Part shown: one piece after another, positions 38,310-47,603 of the stretch
Position numbering within the stretch: the first letter of the stretch is position 1
Layout of the letters: the number at the start of each line of letters is the position of its first letter
Virus record (IMG/VR): IMGVR_UViG_3300035458_000037
Span: 20,849 to 84,848 of that record
Strand: one strand, 5' to 3'
Length of the DNA: 64,000 bases
From: a virus
Notes under the pieces: model-generated
Databases searched by the model: none
Seen by the model: only the letters and a program-made list of their open reading frames with translations
What the model was told of the DNA's origin: nothing
Made by a program: the position numbers and the translations under genes

Positions 38310-39158
38310 TTACAGTTTAAACGCAATCATCTGACCCGCAAATCTTGTATCCGGTGTTAATGGAATATACAAAAGAACATAATTCTTACTTGCGAATTGA
38401 ATTCCACATCGATTCCTTAAGTCAATGCCAGTATTTGGATCGGTTATACGGACATCAACGTCTGTGTTTAAATTGTGGTGAAAAGTTATTTCGTAATGGC
38501 CTGTGATAGGGTTGACCACCCAATCAGCCACTAGGAAATTGAGAGGGTCGCTCTTATGGCCAGGATGAACACCTTCGTAGGGGCGTCCGTCAGCCATTTC
38601 TGGAACCATAGAGGGGGCCGCGCTTAAACTGCCCGTGCCGAAGTCATTGAACTGGGCTCCAGCGTATAAGCCACTATAATCCCACATACGATACTCGGGG
38701 CTCTTGATAATACCGAATGTCTTAGCCACGTTATATGCATACTTGAATTCGCGTTTCTTCTCTTCCACACGCCTGGACCATAATCCGGCAAGTCCAATAT
38801 AATTTGGGCCTCTTCCCCATGGATTAGTAGAAACGCCATTGTCATTGAATGGCATATCATTTCTGTAATACAATACACCGGCAGATTCCAAAGCAAACAT
38901 TGAAGCAGCGATTATCAACCAATCGAATGCTGGAAATTGTTCAATGGTTATAGCATTAAGCAATGGGGGTGTGCTATTCCAATCACTCAATGCCATTTCA
39001 ATGTATAAACCTATTTCTTGATCGGTAGTTTCTTCTCTTCGCCATAGAGCATTGAGCTTTGGTTGATCTCGTAAAAACATGCGCACTAAATTAGTTAAAA
39101 CCCTTTTGTTCATGGGCATATTTGGTTTGACTTGACCCAAATTGCATTCCTGATCCAT
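38310..39158 (-). CDS. putative head-tail adaptor protein
   Basis: VRMFLRD....N.L...E..D...ALSDWN.TPP helical adaptor-like domain downstream of the capsid gene. Confidence 0.6.
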   Translation of the reverse strand: MDQECNLGQVKPNMPMNKRVLTNLVRMFLRDQPKLNALWRREETTDQEIGLYIEMALSDWNSTPPLLNAITIEQFPAFDWLIIAASMFALESAGVLYYRNDMPFNDNGVSTNPWGRGPNYIGLAGLWSRRVEEKKREFKYAYNVAKTFGIIKSPEYRMWDYSGLYAGAQFNDFGTGSLSAAPSMVPEMADGRPYEGVHPGHKSDPLNFLVADWVVNPITGHYEITFHHNLNTDVDVRITDPNTGIDLRNRCGIQFASKNYVLLYIPLTPDTRFAGQMIAFKL

Positions 39159-39205
39159 GAGAAGCTCCAATCACTTTCTGAATTTTACCGCGTTCCCAGG
39201 TATAA

Positions 39206-39245
39206 ACGCAGAAAAGGGCCACGCAAGCGCGGCCCTCTCCTGCGT
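39206..39245 (-). terminator. long hairpin (terminator or stabiliser) after the capsid genes
   Basis: CGCAGGAGAGGGCCGCG/CGTGGCCCTTTTCTGCG on the minus strand, with G-U pairs. Confidence 0.55.
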
Positions 39246-39256
39246 ACCAGCACCCT

Positions 39257-39724
39257 TTAAGCGGACTCTGGGGTTTGTGCCGGGGCTGGAGCTGGGCTCG
39301 TGGGAGCAGCAGTCTTGGCAGCCGTCTTTTGTGGAGTAGGGGCTGGGACAGGCTTGACGGCAGGAGCCACAACTGGAGCTGGCTCCTGGGGCAGATAATT
39401 CGTCGGAACCCCATCAATTACAAGGGGTTCCGACTTCGCAAAGTCAATTGTCGGTGCAGGAACTTGAATGGGCTCGCCATTCTTATCCACGGGAGGATTC
39501 AAAGACAAGTAACTTTCGTTGAAAAGTTCCAGGGAGGGTTTGAACTTATATGCATCTGCTTCGTCTTTTGTATTAAACACTTTGACGAGGCCACGGGCTT
39601 CCATCTCTTTGTAGAGTTCTGGATAATCAGTTCGTCCAACTTTCCCTTCCGGCAAAACAAAATCAGCGGAAGTGATGGTTCCGAAAAGTGATTTTACATA
39701 CGACACGGTAACTCCCATTTTCAA
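39257..39724 (-). CDS. head-associated protein with Pro/Ala-rich tail
   Basis: Immediately downstream of the capsid gene; PAPVVAPAVKPVPAP tail. Confidence 0.6.
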   Translation of the reverse strand: MKMGVTVSYVKSLFGTITSADFVLPEGKVGRTDYPELYKEMEARGLVKVFNTKDEADAYKFKPSLELFNESYLSLNPPVDKNGEPIQVPAPTIDFAKSEPLVIDGVPTNYLPQEPAPVVAPAVKPVPAPTPQKTAAKTAAPTSPAPAPAQTPESA

Positions 39725-39735
39725 CTAATTATTGA

Positions 39736-40665
39736 TTAGGTCAAACTGGCGATGCCAGTGATCTTGGAAACAGAGGAAACGTTGCCGACTTCGATACCCT
39801 GATTGGTCCAGGAATACCACTCCAGCATATTACCCTTGCGATCCATTTCCTGTTGGACATCGCGCAACATAAAGTTGCTGCCCAAGAATTCAGGAGCCGC
39901 CACGCAATAGATATAATCATCAGGCCACACACTGGTAATGGAACTATTCACAGCGTTAATGGAAGTGATGACTTCGTAGCCCAGGAATGTCTTCTCAGGA
40001 GCCACGCCATTGAACGCAATGCGATCAACGGAGTTGTAGCCAATCTTATCGGGTTCAAGCTTTGCCAGATTGAGCCAGGTGCTCTCAGTCATAATCAAAC
40101 GAGCAGCTCGACGCCTGCGGCCCAGGACGGCCCGGACACCAGCGATAACCGCATCTTTGAACACACCTTTGACCGTACCAGCACCAGCCGGAATCACGTT
40201 GGTAGAGGTCTGCGCGGCGGCAGCAGCATCCAAACGCAGTTTGAACATGCCGTCCACCTGTTCCTGGAGATCGAAAACGAAGTTGTTATTAACAACATCG
40301 ATCAAAGGAAAACGCATAGTCATCAACTCTTCCTGAGTCTTCTTATAATGCTCAGTTTCGAGTTTGGCAAACCAAACTTCATACTTACGGCCTTCAACAA
40401 ACTGCGCAGAACCACGCCCACGGAAACCAAGTGTGAAAGCCTTCGAATCAGGTTCCAACCAAACGCGCTTCAGGGGGAAGTCGTTCTGAGTATTCGTATC
40501 AATCTGGGCTTCGGTAAGAACAATTGGTGCAATACAACGATTTGCTACGCAAGTTTCACGGATACGATCTCGAAGATAATCTTCGGTCAATCCCGCGACT
40601 TTTTCCATTCCGTCGCTGGAACCAGTGAACACATCCCATAGCTGGGAAGCAAGAATTTCTGACAT
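39736..40665 (-). CDS. major capsid protein (HK97-fold)
   Basis: 309 aa, AAGGAG SD, biased codons; follows protease/scaffold/decoration genes; YLRDRIRE, EPDS.A, D...Q.D..F; EKVA site near the N-terminus. Confidence 0.8.
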   Translation of the reverse strand: MSEILASQLWDVFTGSSDGMEKVAGLTEDYLRDRIRETCVANRCIAPIVLTEAQIDTNTQNDFPLKRVWLEPDSKAFTLGFRGRGSAQFVEGRKYEVWFAKLETEHYKKTQEELMTMRFPLIDVVNNNFVFDLQEQVDGMFKLRLDAAAAAQTSTNVIPAGAGTVKGVFKDAVIAGVRAVLGRRRRAARLIMTESTWLNLAKLEPDKIGYNSVDRIAFNGVAPEKTFLGYEVITSINAVNSSITSVWPDDYIYCVAAPEFLGSNFMLRDVQQEMDRKGNMLEWYSWTNQGIEVGNVSSVSKITGIASLT

Positions 40666-40709
40666 ATAATCTCCTTGAGCTGTTTAGCTAATTAAGAATT
40701 GGCGACCTA

Positions 40710-41156
40710 TTACACCAAGATACGGAATTGAACGATCTTACCGATAGGAGTGCCCAAGGCAAAGTCAGTGGAAGCAGCTTTTGTTGCGATGCACTTGGCG
40801 AAATAAGCACCAGAACTGAGATCGCCAGCAGAAGCCTTCGCAATCTTACCACTCACGCAAGTAAGCAGATCACTGGCACCAATAGCACCGTTTGTGGAGT
40901 CGTCAATCTGATCGGTTTCGGCTTCAAACACACCGAAAACGACAGAATATTTCTTCGAAGAATTACCGCTCAAATCTTCAAAGACAAATTCCACCTGACG
41001 ATAATCGGCAGAAGTAGCAGCAGCCACCAGGGTGCCACTGCCATCAGTCTTGACGACAGCTCCCTTGACAAAAGTTGCACCGGTAGACGCACGGCTCACA
41101 GTGGCTACCGAGTAAGAGCCTTCCTGAAGGCCACTTAGGATGTTGAAGATCGCCAT
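40710..41156 (-). CDS. capsid decoration/cement protein
   Basis: 148 aa, A/G/S/T-rich, immediately upstream of the MCP gene. Confidence 0.6.
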   Translation of the reverse strand: MAIFNILSGLQEGSYSVATVSRASTGATFVKGAVVKTDGSGTLVAAATSADYRQVEFVFEDLSGNSSKKYSVVFGVFEAETDQIDDSTNGAIGASDLLTCVSGKIAKASAGDLSSGAYFAKCIATKAASTDFALGTPIGKIVQFRILV

Positions 41157-41200
41157 GAGTTCTCCTCTTTAGCAAGTTTTTGAGAATTTAAGAATTTTGG

Positions 41201-41563
41201 TTAAGCAAGACCCAATTCTTCCATGATTAAAGCTTGTCTTTCATGGAATTTATTGTCAGCATTGGAAGCGGTTTTCGTCATCTCTTCGCCAGCTACCCGG
41301 CCAAAAGATACCTTTCGACTCAGTGTATCCGCAATTTTCAACATTGCATCAGCGCCACCATTTTCCTGGGCTTCTTTCAGCATATTCTCGGCTTCTTCAT
41401 AGGACACGCCAACTTTACCAGCCAATTGTTCGGCTTTTTTATTGAGGCCTTCTGAGTGCTGACTTTTCTGCTGGAGCTGCGCGGTCATTTCCTGAATGAT
41501 CGCTGCGCCTTCATCAATGATCTGGAGGGCTTGCTGTAGGGCCTGTTCGAGTTCAGCGCTCAT
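41201..41563 (-). CDS. scaffold-like protein
   Basis: Acidic and helical; KKA, KEA, KIA, KTA sites. Confidence 0.6.
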   Translation of the reverse strand: MSAELEQALQQALQIIDEGAAIIQEMTAQLQQKSQHSEGLNKKAEQLAGKVGVSYEEAENMLKEAQENGGADAMLKIADTLSRKVSFGRVAGEEMTKTASNADNKFHERQALIMEELGLA

Positions 41564-41958
41564 TATTTCACCTCCGCAAAGAGACGCTTGCCACGGAGTG
41601 CAGCCAGCTTCATGAGCGCGGCCACCTTGATCTGGGTGCCGTCCGGTCGAGCGATTACTACTGCGCCACCACCTGCCTCTGCGCCAGCACCAGGAGTCTC
41701 CCCTTCAGCCGCCTCTTCCCCAGGAGCACCACCCCCTGGAGGCTGATCTCCACCTGCGCCCGCTGCCATTTGACCAAGTGAAGCCTTGAATTTCTCAACA
41801 TTAGCCAAATGAGCTTGAGCGGATGCGAGAATATCACCACCGCCTTGCTGCTGAGCAGATTCTGTGGGGCCACCATTTTGATCGTTAGCATTTTTCTCAA
41901 CGGGATCAAGCAATAACTCATCTTGAGCCTCTTTGATAATTTGATCGATTATTCCCAT
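41563..41958 (-). CDS. scaffold/core protein
   Basis: Low-complexity G/A/E; KEA, KNA, KVA, KLA sites. Confidence 0.6.
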   Translation of the reverse strand: MGIIDQIIKEAQDELLLDPVEKNANDQNGGPTESAQQQGGGDILASAQAHLANVEKFKASLGQMAAGAGGDQPPGGGAPGEEAAEGETPGAGAEAGGGAVVIARPDGTQIKVAALMKLAALRGKRLFAEVK

Positions 41959-41959
41959 A

Positions 41960-42484
41960 TCACCCCTCAACCATAGAATTTAGAGCCTGTGAGATTTCGA
42001 TAGCTTTTTGTTCATCAATAGTCTTCTTCATAATGCCATCATGCAAATCTGTCTTGACAGCCTTAATAACTTCATTAACTAATGTTGGATAAGCAGATCC
42101 CACCGCTTGAACAAAAGGAAGGATTTTATCAGGTTGGCCTGCTTCAATAGCTTCAATTACAGCATCGTGAACTTGTTGAATATTCAAACCACCAGATTCT
42201 GGATTGGCAACAACATTTCCATTCTCTCTACTGCCAGATGCTTGGGGAATATCTTCTGTAACTGCACCGCCAGTAATTGGAGGAGCTGTGCTATCTTCGA
42301 CAGATTGAGCACCCTCATGTTGATCAAGTATTTCAGCTAATTTCTCCATTACTAAATAGGCAGTGTAATTAGCAGTTTTCTCCAAAAGAGGTAACATGCT
42401 TTCCAAGAGTTCGTTCTGACTATCTTCGGCTAATTTCTGAAGCACTTCTGGTTCAGTTTCCTCAAGAAATCTACGTAGATCCAT
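41960..42484 (-). CDS. scaffold/core protein
   Basis: Acidic; QKLA, EKTA, EKLA. Confidence 0.6.
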   Translation of the reverse strand: MDLRRFLEETEPEVLQKLAEDSQNELLESMLPLLEKTANYTAYLVMEKLAEILDQHEGAQSVEDSTAPPITGGAVTEDIPQASGSRENGNVVANPESGGLNIQQVHDAVIEAIEAGQPDKILPFVQAVGSAYPTLVNEVIKAVKTDLHDGIMKKTIDEQKAIEISQALNSMVEG

Positions 42485-42492
42485 GTGACGCC

Positions 42493-44211
42493 TCATTTAC
42501 CAGTGAATAGATTTTTGACACCTTTTGCAGTATCAGCAGCAACTGTTTTGGCGCCTGAATAAAGAGCTTTAGGATTCATGGCACCAAGTCCGCCAATGAG
42601 ACCTAGTTTACCAGGATTGTTGGCTACAAATTTACCAATTGGTCCAACCTGTTCACCTCTTTCCATTTTGTTCTGAATATGAGCACTTGCCATGTAAGGG
42701 ACAGCGAACCCGAGTCCAGCTCTTGCCGCCATTCCTGCGACCCCTGCCTGCTTGTTTAATTCTTCAATAGCATACGGATCATTACCTATAAAAGTACCGT
42801 GATCTGGATGATCTGACATTAAAGCTCCGATACCAGCACCAAGTAATCCATAAGCACTGAATTTGTGTTCCGCATTCTTTCTGTATAATAGATAAAGCGC
42901 AGATAGAATGGAACCCATTCCCACCATGCCGGTAACACCAGCTTCTTTTCTTAAGCCTTTATCTGTTTCGTAGATTCTATGATCAACCTTGCCTATTGAT
43001 CTATCATCGATTACATGAGATGGAATAGATCGTGATAGCTTGACGGCATTGTGCGTAATATCAATATCAGCTAATCCATGAAGCCTATCATCAAGTCCTT
43101 TTACTTTGGGCTGAGATAAAACTGCTTTTTTGTTTAGGTATTGATTAGCTAGATCTTCTCGACCTTCGTGCTTCATTAGAATGTAAGCGAATTCGTTGGG
43201 TTTGGCTATTATGCCAGCATGAGTTAATGTTCCCCACGCTTCTGAAGGGTTTAGCTTCGCTAAATCCTTCAGGAGCGTGTGCGGAAGATCTTTCTCCGTT
43301 TCGCATACTCTAGCAATAGTGCCTTCCATATGAGTTGGAAGCTTTTTATAAAGAACAGCATGTTTCATTAAGCTCGAAGAGTTTGATTCAGCAAGCTTAT
43401 CAAATCTACCAATATCATAGAATGAAGCTAAGTCACAACTAAAATCAAGCGGATCATTAGCTCCACCTTCTCTTGCGATTTTCTCAAGTTGAAGTCCTGC
43501 CAAGAATGCGGGCTTTGTCACTTCACTAATATCAAAGAAACGTGGAAATAAGTTCTCCGCATAAACTCTTCGACCATCGGGAAGGATCTTTTTCATTTCA
43601 TATTTGAGATGTGGGCAATATTTCAAAGTAGTTTTGTTACGTTGACCACAAATGGAGCAGCGATCCCATGGAAGTTTTGCTCCCATAGAGACCGCTACTC
43701 GCTCATTGGCGTCTATCTTAGCTGCCGTGTCAGGTGCTTTGTCCCTGTCAACGCCAATGATCAATAAGACAGTTCGCATCTTTGGGTTCCAGATTGCAGC
43801 AGGAACATATCCAAAATGAGGATCACCGCGATCAATCTTATTCTTATGATGCTTAAAGAAATGAGCATCGTTGAATGTCTCAAAACGTCTCTTTGCTCTC
43901 ATATCAGGAGCGAGACGTTCATCTTTTTCTGCTAGTATTCCTTGCACGGGAGTATTTTGAATCCCAAGCAAACCTTCGTTGGGAAAATAATCACCATTGT
44001 TATTAGATCCCCAAGTTTCACCATCACCCATAGATGTTACTAGAATATAACTATGATTCTTTTTACGAACCATATTCCTAATAGCTTCATCTACTTCTTT
44101 AGGCAAATCTCTGCGTGATGCAGTTTTAGTAAATTCAGATTCATATCTTTCTTCTAATGACAAAGAAAGATAATTTTCATCGTCTATGTTAGAAGAAAGT
44201 AATTTATACAT
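42493..44211 (-). CDS. prohead maturation protease (HK97-like, Zn-finger insertion) with glycine-zipper C-terminal extension
   Basis: NNNGDYF, KHH (candidate His), VSMG (candidate Ser), CSICG..YCPH, FFDISEV.KPA. Confidence 0.8.
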   Translation of the reverse strand: MYKLLSSNIDDENYLSLSLEERYESEFTKTASRRDLPKEVDEAIRNMVRKKNHSYILVTSMGDGETWGSNNNGDYFPNEGLLGIQNTPVQGILAEKDERLAPDMRAKRRFETFNDAHFFKHHKNKIDRGDPHFGYVPAAIWNPKMRTVLLIIGVDRDKAPDTAAKIDANERVAVSMGAKLPWDRCSICGQRNKTTLKYCPHLKYEMKKILPDGRRVYAENLFPRFFDISEVTKPAFLAGLQLEKIAREGGANDPLDFSCDLASFYDIGRFDKLAESNSSSLMKHAVLYKKLPTHMEGTIARVCETEKDLPHTLLKDLAKLNPSEAWGTLTHAGIIAKPNEFAYILMKHEGREDLANQYLNKKAVLSQPKVKGLDDRLHGLADIDITHNAVKLSRSIPSHVIDDRSIGKVDHRIYETDKGLRKEAGVTGMVGMGSILSALYLLYRKNAEHKFSAYGLLGAGIGALMSDHPDHGTFIGNDPYAIEELNKQAGVAGMAARAGLGFAVPYMASAHIQNKMERGEQVGPIGKFVANNPGKLGLIGGLGAMNPKALYSGAKTVAADTAKGVKNLFTGK

Positions 44212-44687
44212 TACATCTCACTATGTTTGCGAGCAAGCATTGCTGCACCCAATATGCTTCCACCTATAATACCAGATTTTACAAAACGTCCCATGCTAGG
44301 ATGTTTCATTAATGGCTTGATATATCTTTTGGATAATCTGGCTTTATGTTTATTAAATAATATATTTGAAGTGGTGTTTTTTTGAATCTTCTTCAAATTA
44401 CTAGGATGGAATCCGGTATGCTTTCGATAAGCCTCACGAGCTTTATGCGCCTGCGTAAGATGATGTGCATATTCTTCTTTGATTTGTATTCTGCGAGGAT
44501 TTGTTTCACTCAAAGACTCATGCTCTTTATGCAATTTCTTTAGCATATCAGTATGATGGAATTGCTTTTTCAGATGATGCTTAGCTGCTGCGGAGTGAAT
44601 AACTCCCCGTAATTGTCCAGCTTCAGAAAGAGCCTTTTGTCTTTCTGGAGTAGCTTCAAATTTTGCAGCCAGTTTAACCAGACTCAT
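44211..44687 (-). CDS. basic His/Lys-rich tagged protein (MSLVKLAA)
   Basis: N-terminal tag; C-terminal GIIGGSILGAA helix. Confidence 0.7.
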   Translation of the reverse strand: MSLVKLAAKFEATPERQKALSEAGQLRGVIHSAAAKHHLKKQFHHTDMLKKLHKEHESLSETNPRRIQIKEEYAHHLTQAHKAREAYRKHTGFHPSNLKKIQKNTTSNILFNKHKARLSKRYIKPLMKHPSMGRFVKSGIIGGSILGAAMLARKHSEM

Positions 44688-45068
44688 CTATTCCACCTTT
44701 TTGAATCTTTCCCTGGCAAAACCACCAAGTGGAAGTCTATTGTAAGTAGCTGCGTCAATTACTTTGTCGCCCATACGATAAGACCCAGCAGCAACACCGC
44801 TCAATTGATGAGTAACAGGTTTTAATGTAGAAGCCATAGCTCCGGCAGGCTTTGATCTTTTTAAACCACCTTTAATAAGATCAGAAACCGGAGTTTCTAA
44901 TCTATTAGCCAACTTTCCAGCAGTTCGATTTCCCATTTCTCCTAAATGGCTAAGATGGCTTGTAATCAAATTACCAGCATTTTGTAAAACGCCAGCATGC
45001 TTTTCCATTTCACAAGCTACTTTGAAAAGTTCTATATCATCATATTCAAGTGCAATCTGCTTGAGCAT
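44688..45068 (-). CDS. putative internal head protein
   Basis: Acidic leader ending FKVA..EKHA, then a basic body. Confidence 0.65.
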   Translation of the reverse strand: MLKQIALEYDDIELFKVACEMEKHAGVLQNAGNLITSHLSHLGEMGNRTAGKLANRLETPVSDLIKGGLKRSKPAGAMASTLKPVTHQLSGVAAGSYRMGDKVIDAATYNRLPLGGFARERFKKVE

Positions 45069-45070
45069 AT

Positions 45071-45379
45071 CTATTCCTCAGTTGATCTTGTTTCAAATGG
45101 AGTATGCTTTTCCATATTTTCAATTACTTTAATTGTAGAAGTATTCTTAAGTTTTTTTCTTTGTATATAATTCTCGGCTTGTTTATGTTTATTTAAAATT
45201 CCGCCGATTCCAAAACCAATAGCACCACCACCAGCAATTCCTGCGACAACTGGTAACTTTAAACCCGAGGTTACACCAGCACCAATAGCAGCTCCAACAC
45301 CAGCACCAATACCACGACTGGCCCAAAGTGGCTTTAACTCAAACCCTTCATTGTCAGCAGCCAATTTGATAATTGACAC
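45071..45379 (-). CDS. tagged (MSIIKLAA) glycine-zipper protein
   Basis: GTG start with GGAG SD; GIGAGVGAAIGAG and GIAGGGAIGFGIGG helices. Confidence 0.7.
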   Translation of the reverse strand: MSIIKLAADNEGFELKPLWASRGIGAGVGAAIGAGVTSGLKLPVVAGIAGGGAIGFGIGGILNKHKQAENYIQRKKLKNTSTIKVIENMEKHTPFETRSTEE

Positions 45380-45404
45380 TTAATCTCCAAGAGTAATTCT
45401 TATT

Positions 45405-45430
45405 AAACGGCTATCCGAAGATAGCCGTTT
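45405..45430 (-). terminator. C(UUCG)G hairpin
   Basis: Minus strand AAACGGCTATC-TTCG-GATAGCCGTTT just after the stop of 45439-46176. Confidence 0.7.
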
Positions 45431-45438
45431 CGTAAAGA

Positions 45439-46176
45439 TTATTTCTTGTGATGATGGGTTGCGCGATGGACGCCGTAACCCAGGCCAGCGAGAGCAGCAC
45501 CAGCGGTACCATAAGCAATGCCAGGGCGAGACAAGGCTTTCAGGCCAGTTTTGGTACTGAAGAGATGCTTGAGCTTCTCGCCCTTAGGAGCATGGTGATA
45601 AAGGTGCCTTGCTTCCTCAGCCTTCCAAGCGCCACCGCCATAACCATGCTTGGCAGCCGTGCCAAGGTGGTGCTTCATCCGCTTGAAGAAACCTTCCTTA
45701 TGCTGCGTGGAAGGATATTCTTTGCCAGCGCGATCATAAATACCGCTGCCAGCAGCAGTCTTGTAGAATTCGTTGGCGTCATCCGCCATTTCGTTGGCGA
45801 TCTCGATCATGGCTTCGGCCATCTTCACGAGGGTTTCCTCGCCAGACTCGTCGGCCAGCTCAGCGTAAACGGAAGCAAGCTTATTCATATCTTCAGCAAG
45901 CTCCAAGCTCTCTTCAAGAGCTTCGCCACTTTCAGCAGCGGTCTTCACCAGGGCAGCACCCAGGCGCTCACCGGCCTGATAAGTATCCAAGGCGAGGGTA
46001 GCCAAGCCCTCATCTTCGATCTCTTCGGCGATCTTTGCCATGGTTTCACCCACGGAAATGAGCGTGCGAGACTGATCAATGACATGGATTTCCTGCGCGA
46101 TTTTTTCCATGTCGGCTTCTTCAGCCGTTTTGTTGAGACCGACTTCTTCAGTCAGTTGTTCGATCAAGAGCGACAT
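45439..46176 (-). CDS. core/scaffold protein: acidic K-x-A-rich N-half, basic His-rich C-half
   Basis: AAAAGGAG SD; seven K-x-A sites in the acidic half; GC-rich codons. Confidence 0.7.
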   Translation of the reverse strand: MSLLIEQLTEEVGLNKTAEEADMEKIAQEIHVIDQSRTLISVGETMAKIAEEIEDEGLATLALDTYQAGERLGAALVKTAAESGEALEESLELAEDMNKLASVYAELADESGEETLVKMAEAMIEIANEMADDANEFYKTAAGSGIYDRAGKEYPSTQHKEGFFKRMKHHLGTAAKHGYGGGAWKAEEARHLYHHAPKGEKLKHLFSTKTGLKALSRPGIAYGTAGAALAGLGYGVHRATHHHKK

Positions 46177-46223
46177 ATAATGTCTCCTTTTGGAAATTGT
46201 GTTGCGCAACAGTTGATTATGAC

Positions 46224-47552
46224 CTAGCCGTGTCTACCTGATTCGGTTGCTTTTTTGCCAACCTCATTTTTTCTGCCTTTGTGAATTTCCACAATCTTAG
46301 CAAGATTCAATCTTCGCTGATGATCATCCTCACCAAGAGTTCTTATTCTATCCATTCCACCCAGGAAATTACCCGCAAATTCAAGCGGCTTGTCTTGATA
46401 CCCCTGGTTGTTTTCAATTTCTCTTAATTTGCCAACGGTATTAACATCAACCCCACCAAATGAATCGAAATTCCGAATGAGTTGAGGTGCTACTAATGGG
46501 TCCATTGCAAGACTGGGGCTATGACGTGCAACTACATCAAAGTAATCCCGAGCATGAGGAATACCACGAATATCAGCATTGTTTTCAGAGATGGTTTTGA
46601 ATGCATTGTTCAATTGGCGTTCGCGCATCATTCGGGCCGCGATACCACCAATACCCCGCGCAGCAGCAGCGGTCACGCCAATTGCACCCATCGCCAGAGC
46701 ATAGGGCGCGGCAGCGGATAGTGCTTTACCTGCCCCCGACCAAATACCAGGACTTTTTTCAAGGAGAGCATTTTCGGCGGCGGTTCCTGCTGTTCCCAGA
46801 ATATTTACATCGGCAATTTTATCAAGACTCGGTGTATTACTAATCATTTCTCGACGAATATTCTCTTTTGTTTGCATCGCTCTGCCTTTTGCTTCTTGGA
46901 GAGACCCATAGAGTATCGTACTCTTCATCGGATTATTAGCAATAGTTCCTGCAATTTTGCCACCCACAGTAGCACCACCTTTTAAAGTAGCTCCAGCAGC
47001 AGCGGACATTAACCCAGCTTTCTTTTCAAGACAATTGATAATCTTGTTTTGATTATCTATTTCTTTTAATTTAATCTTGATTTCATTTGATGCAACCTTC
47101 TCAATATCAGAAGTGTAGAAATCAGGATTTTCATGAGCCAACTTTATTTTCAGCTCAGCAATCTTACTTAAAGCATTATCTTTTCTTTTCCTACAGCAAT
47201 CAATAGCAGCTCTAATATCACTGATAGTGTAAGAATTATTTTCTTCCGCAACTTTATTCAAACCTTCTCCATTATATTCTAAGGGAGTAATGACATTTGC
47301 TTTCTTTTCAATTTTCTCACTATGCCCAAGCTTCTTTTTAATTTCATCATAATGAGCTACGTCAAAAGTTTGTTCGCCAGTAGAAGCCAGTTTCATTAGA
47401 TAGCATTGCTTATTAGCTTCTTCCACAAGACGCTTTGTGTGCTCAATTGACAAATTATTATCCGATGCGTATTTTGCGATAGAATCATTCATATCGCAGT
47501 TACTCTTAAGATACGCATCGGCAATTTTATTGGCAATAGTGTTTATATCCAT
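46224..47552 (-). CDS. internal head/core protein
   Basis: Follows the terminase; about 11 K-x-A sites; G/A-rich helices. Confidence 0.7.
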   Translation of the reverse strand: MDINTIANKIADAYLKSNCDMNDSIAKYASDNNLSIEHTKRLVEEANKQCYLMKLASTGEQTFDVAHYDEIKKKLGHSEKIEKKANVITPLEYNGEGLNKVAEENNSYTISDIRAAIDCCRKRKDNALSKIAELKIKLAHENPDFYTSDIEKVASNEIKIKLKEIDNQNKIINCLEKKAGLMSAAAGATLKGGATVGGKIAGTIANNPMKSTILYGSLQEAKGRAMQTKENIRREMISNTPSLDKIADVNILGTAGTAAENALLEKSPGIWSGAGKALSAAAPYALAMGAIGVTAAAARGIGGIAARMMRERQLNNAFKTISENNADIRGIPHARDYFDVVARHSPSLAMDPLVAPQLIRNFDSFGGVDVNTVGKLREIENNQGYQDKPLEFAGNFLGGMDRIRTLGEDDHQRRLNLAKIVEIHKGRKNEVGKKATESGRHG

Positions 47553-47603
47553 ATTCCATCTTCTCTCGATACAAGTTCATGATCTCAAAAAAAACTTGAA
47601 ACG

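Noticed and set aside
39853-40641. 262-aa plus-strand ORF
   Set aside because: Antisense shadow of the capsid gene; no SD and no protein-like features.
45448-46227. 259-aa plus-strand ORF
   Set aside because: Antisense to a GC-rich, codon-biased head gene; the lack of stops is explained by that bias.
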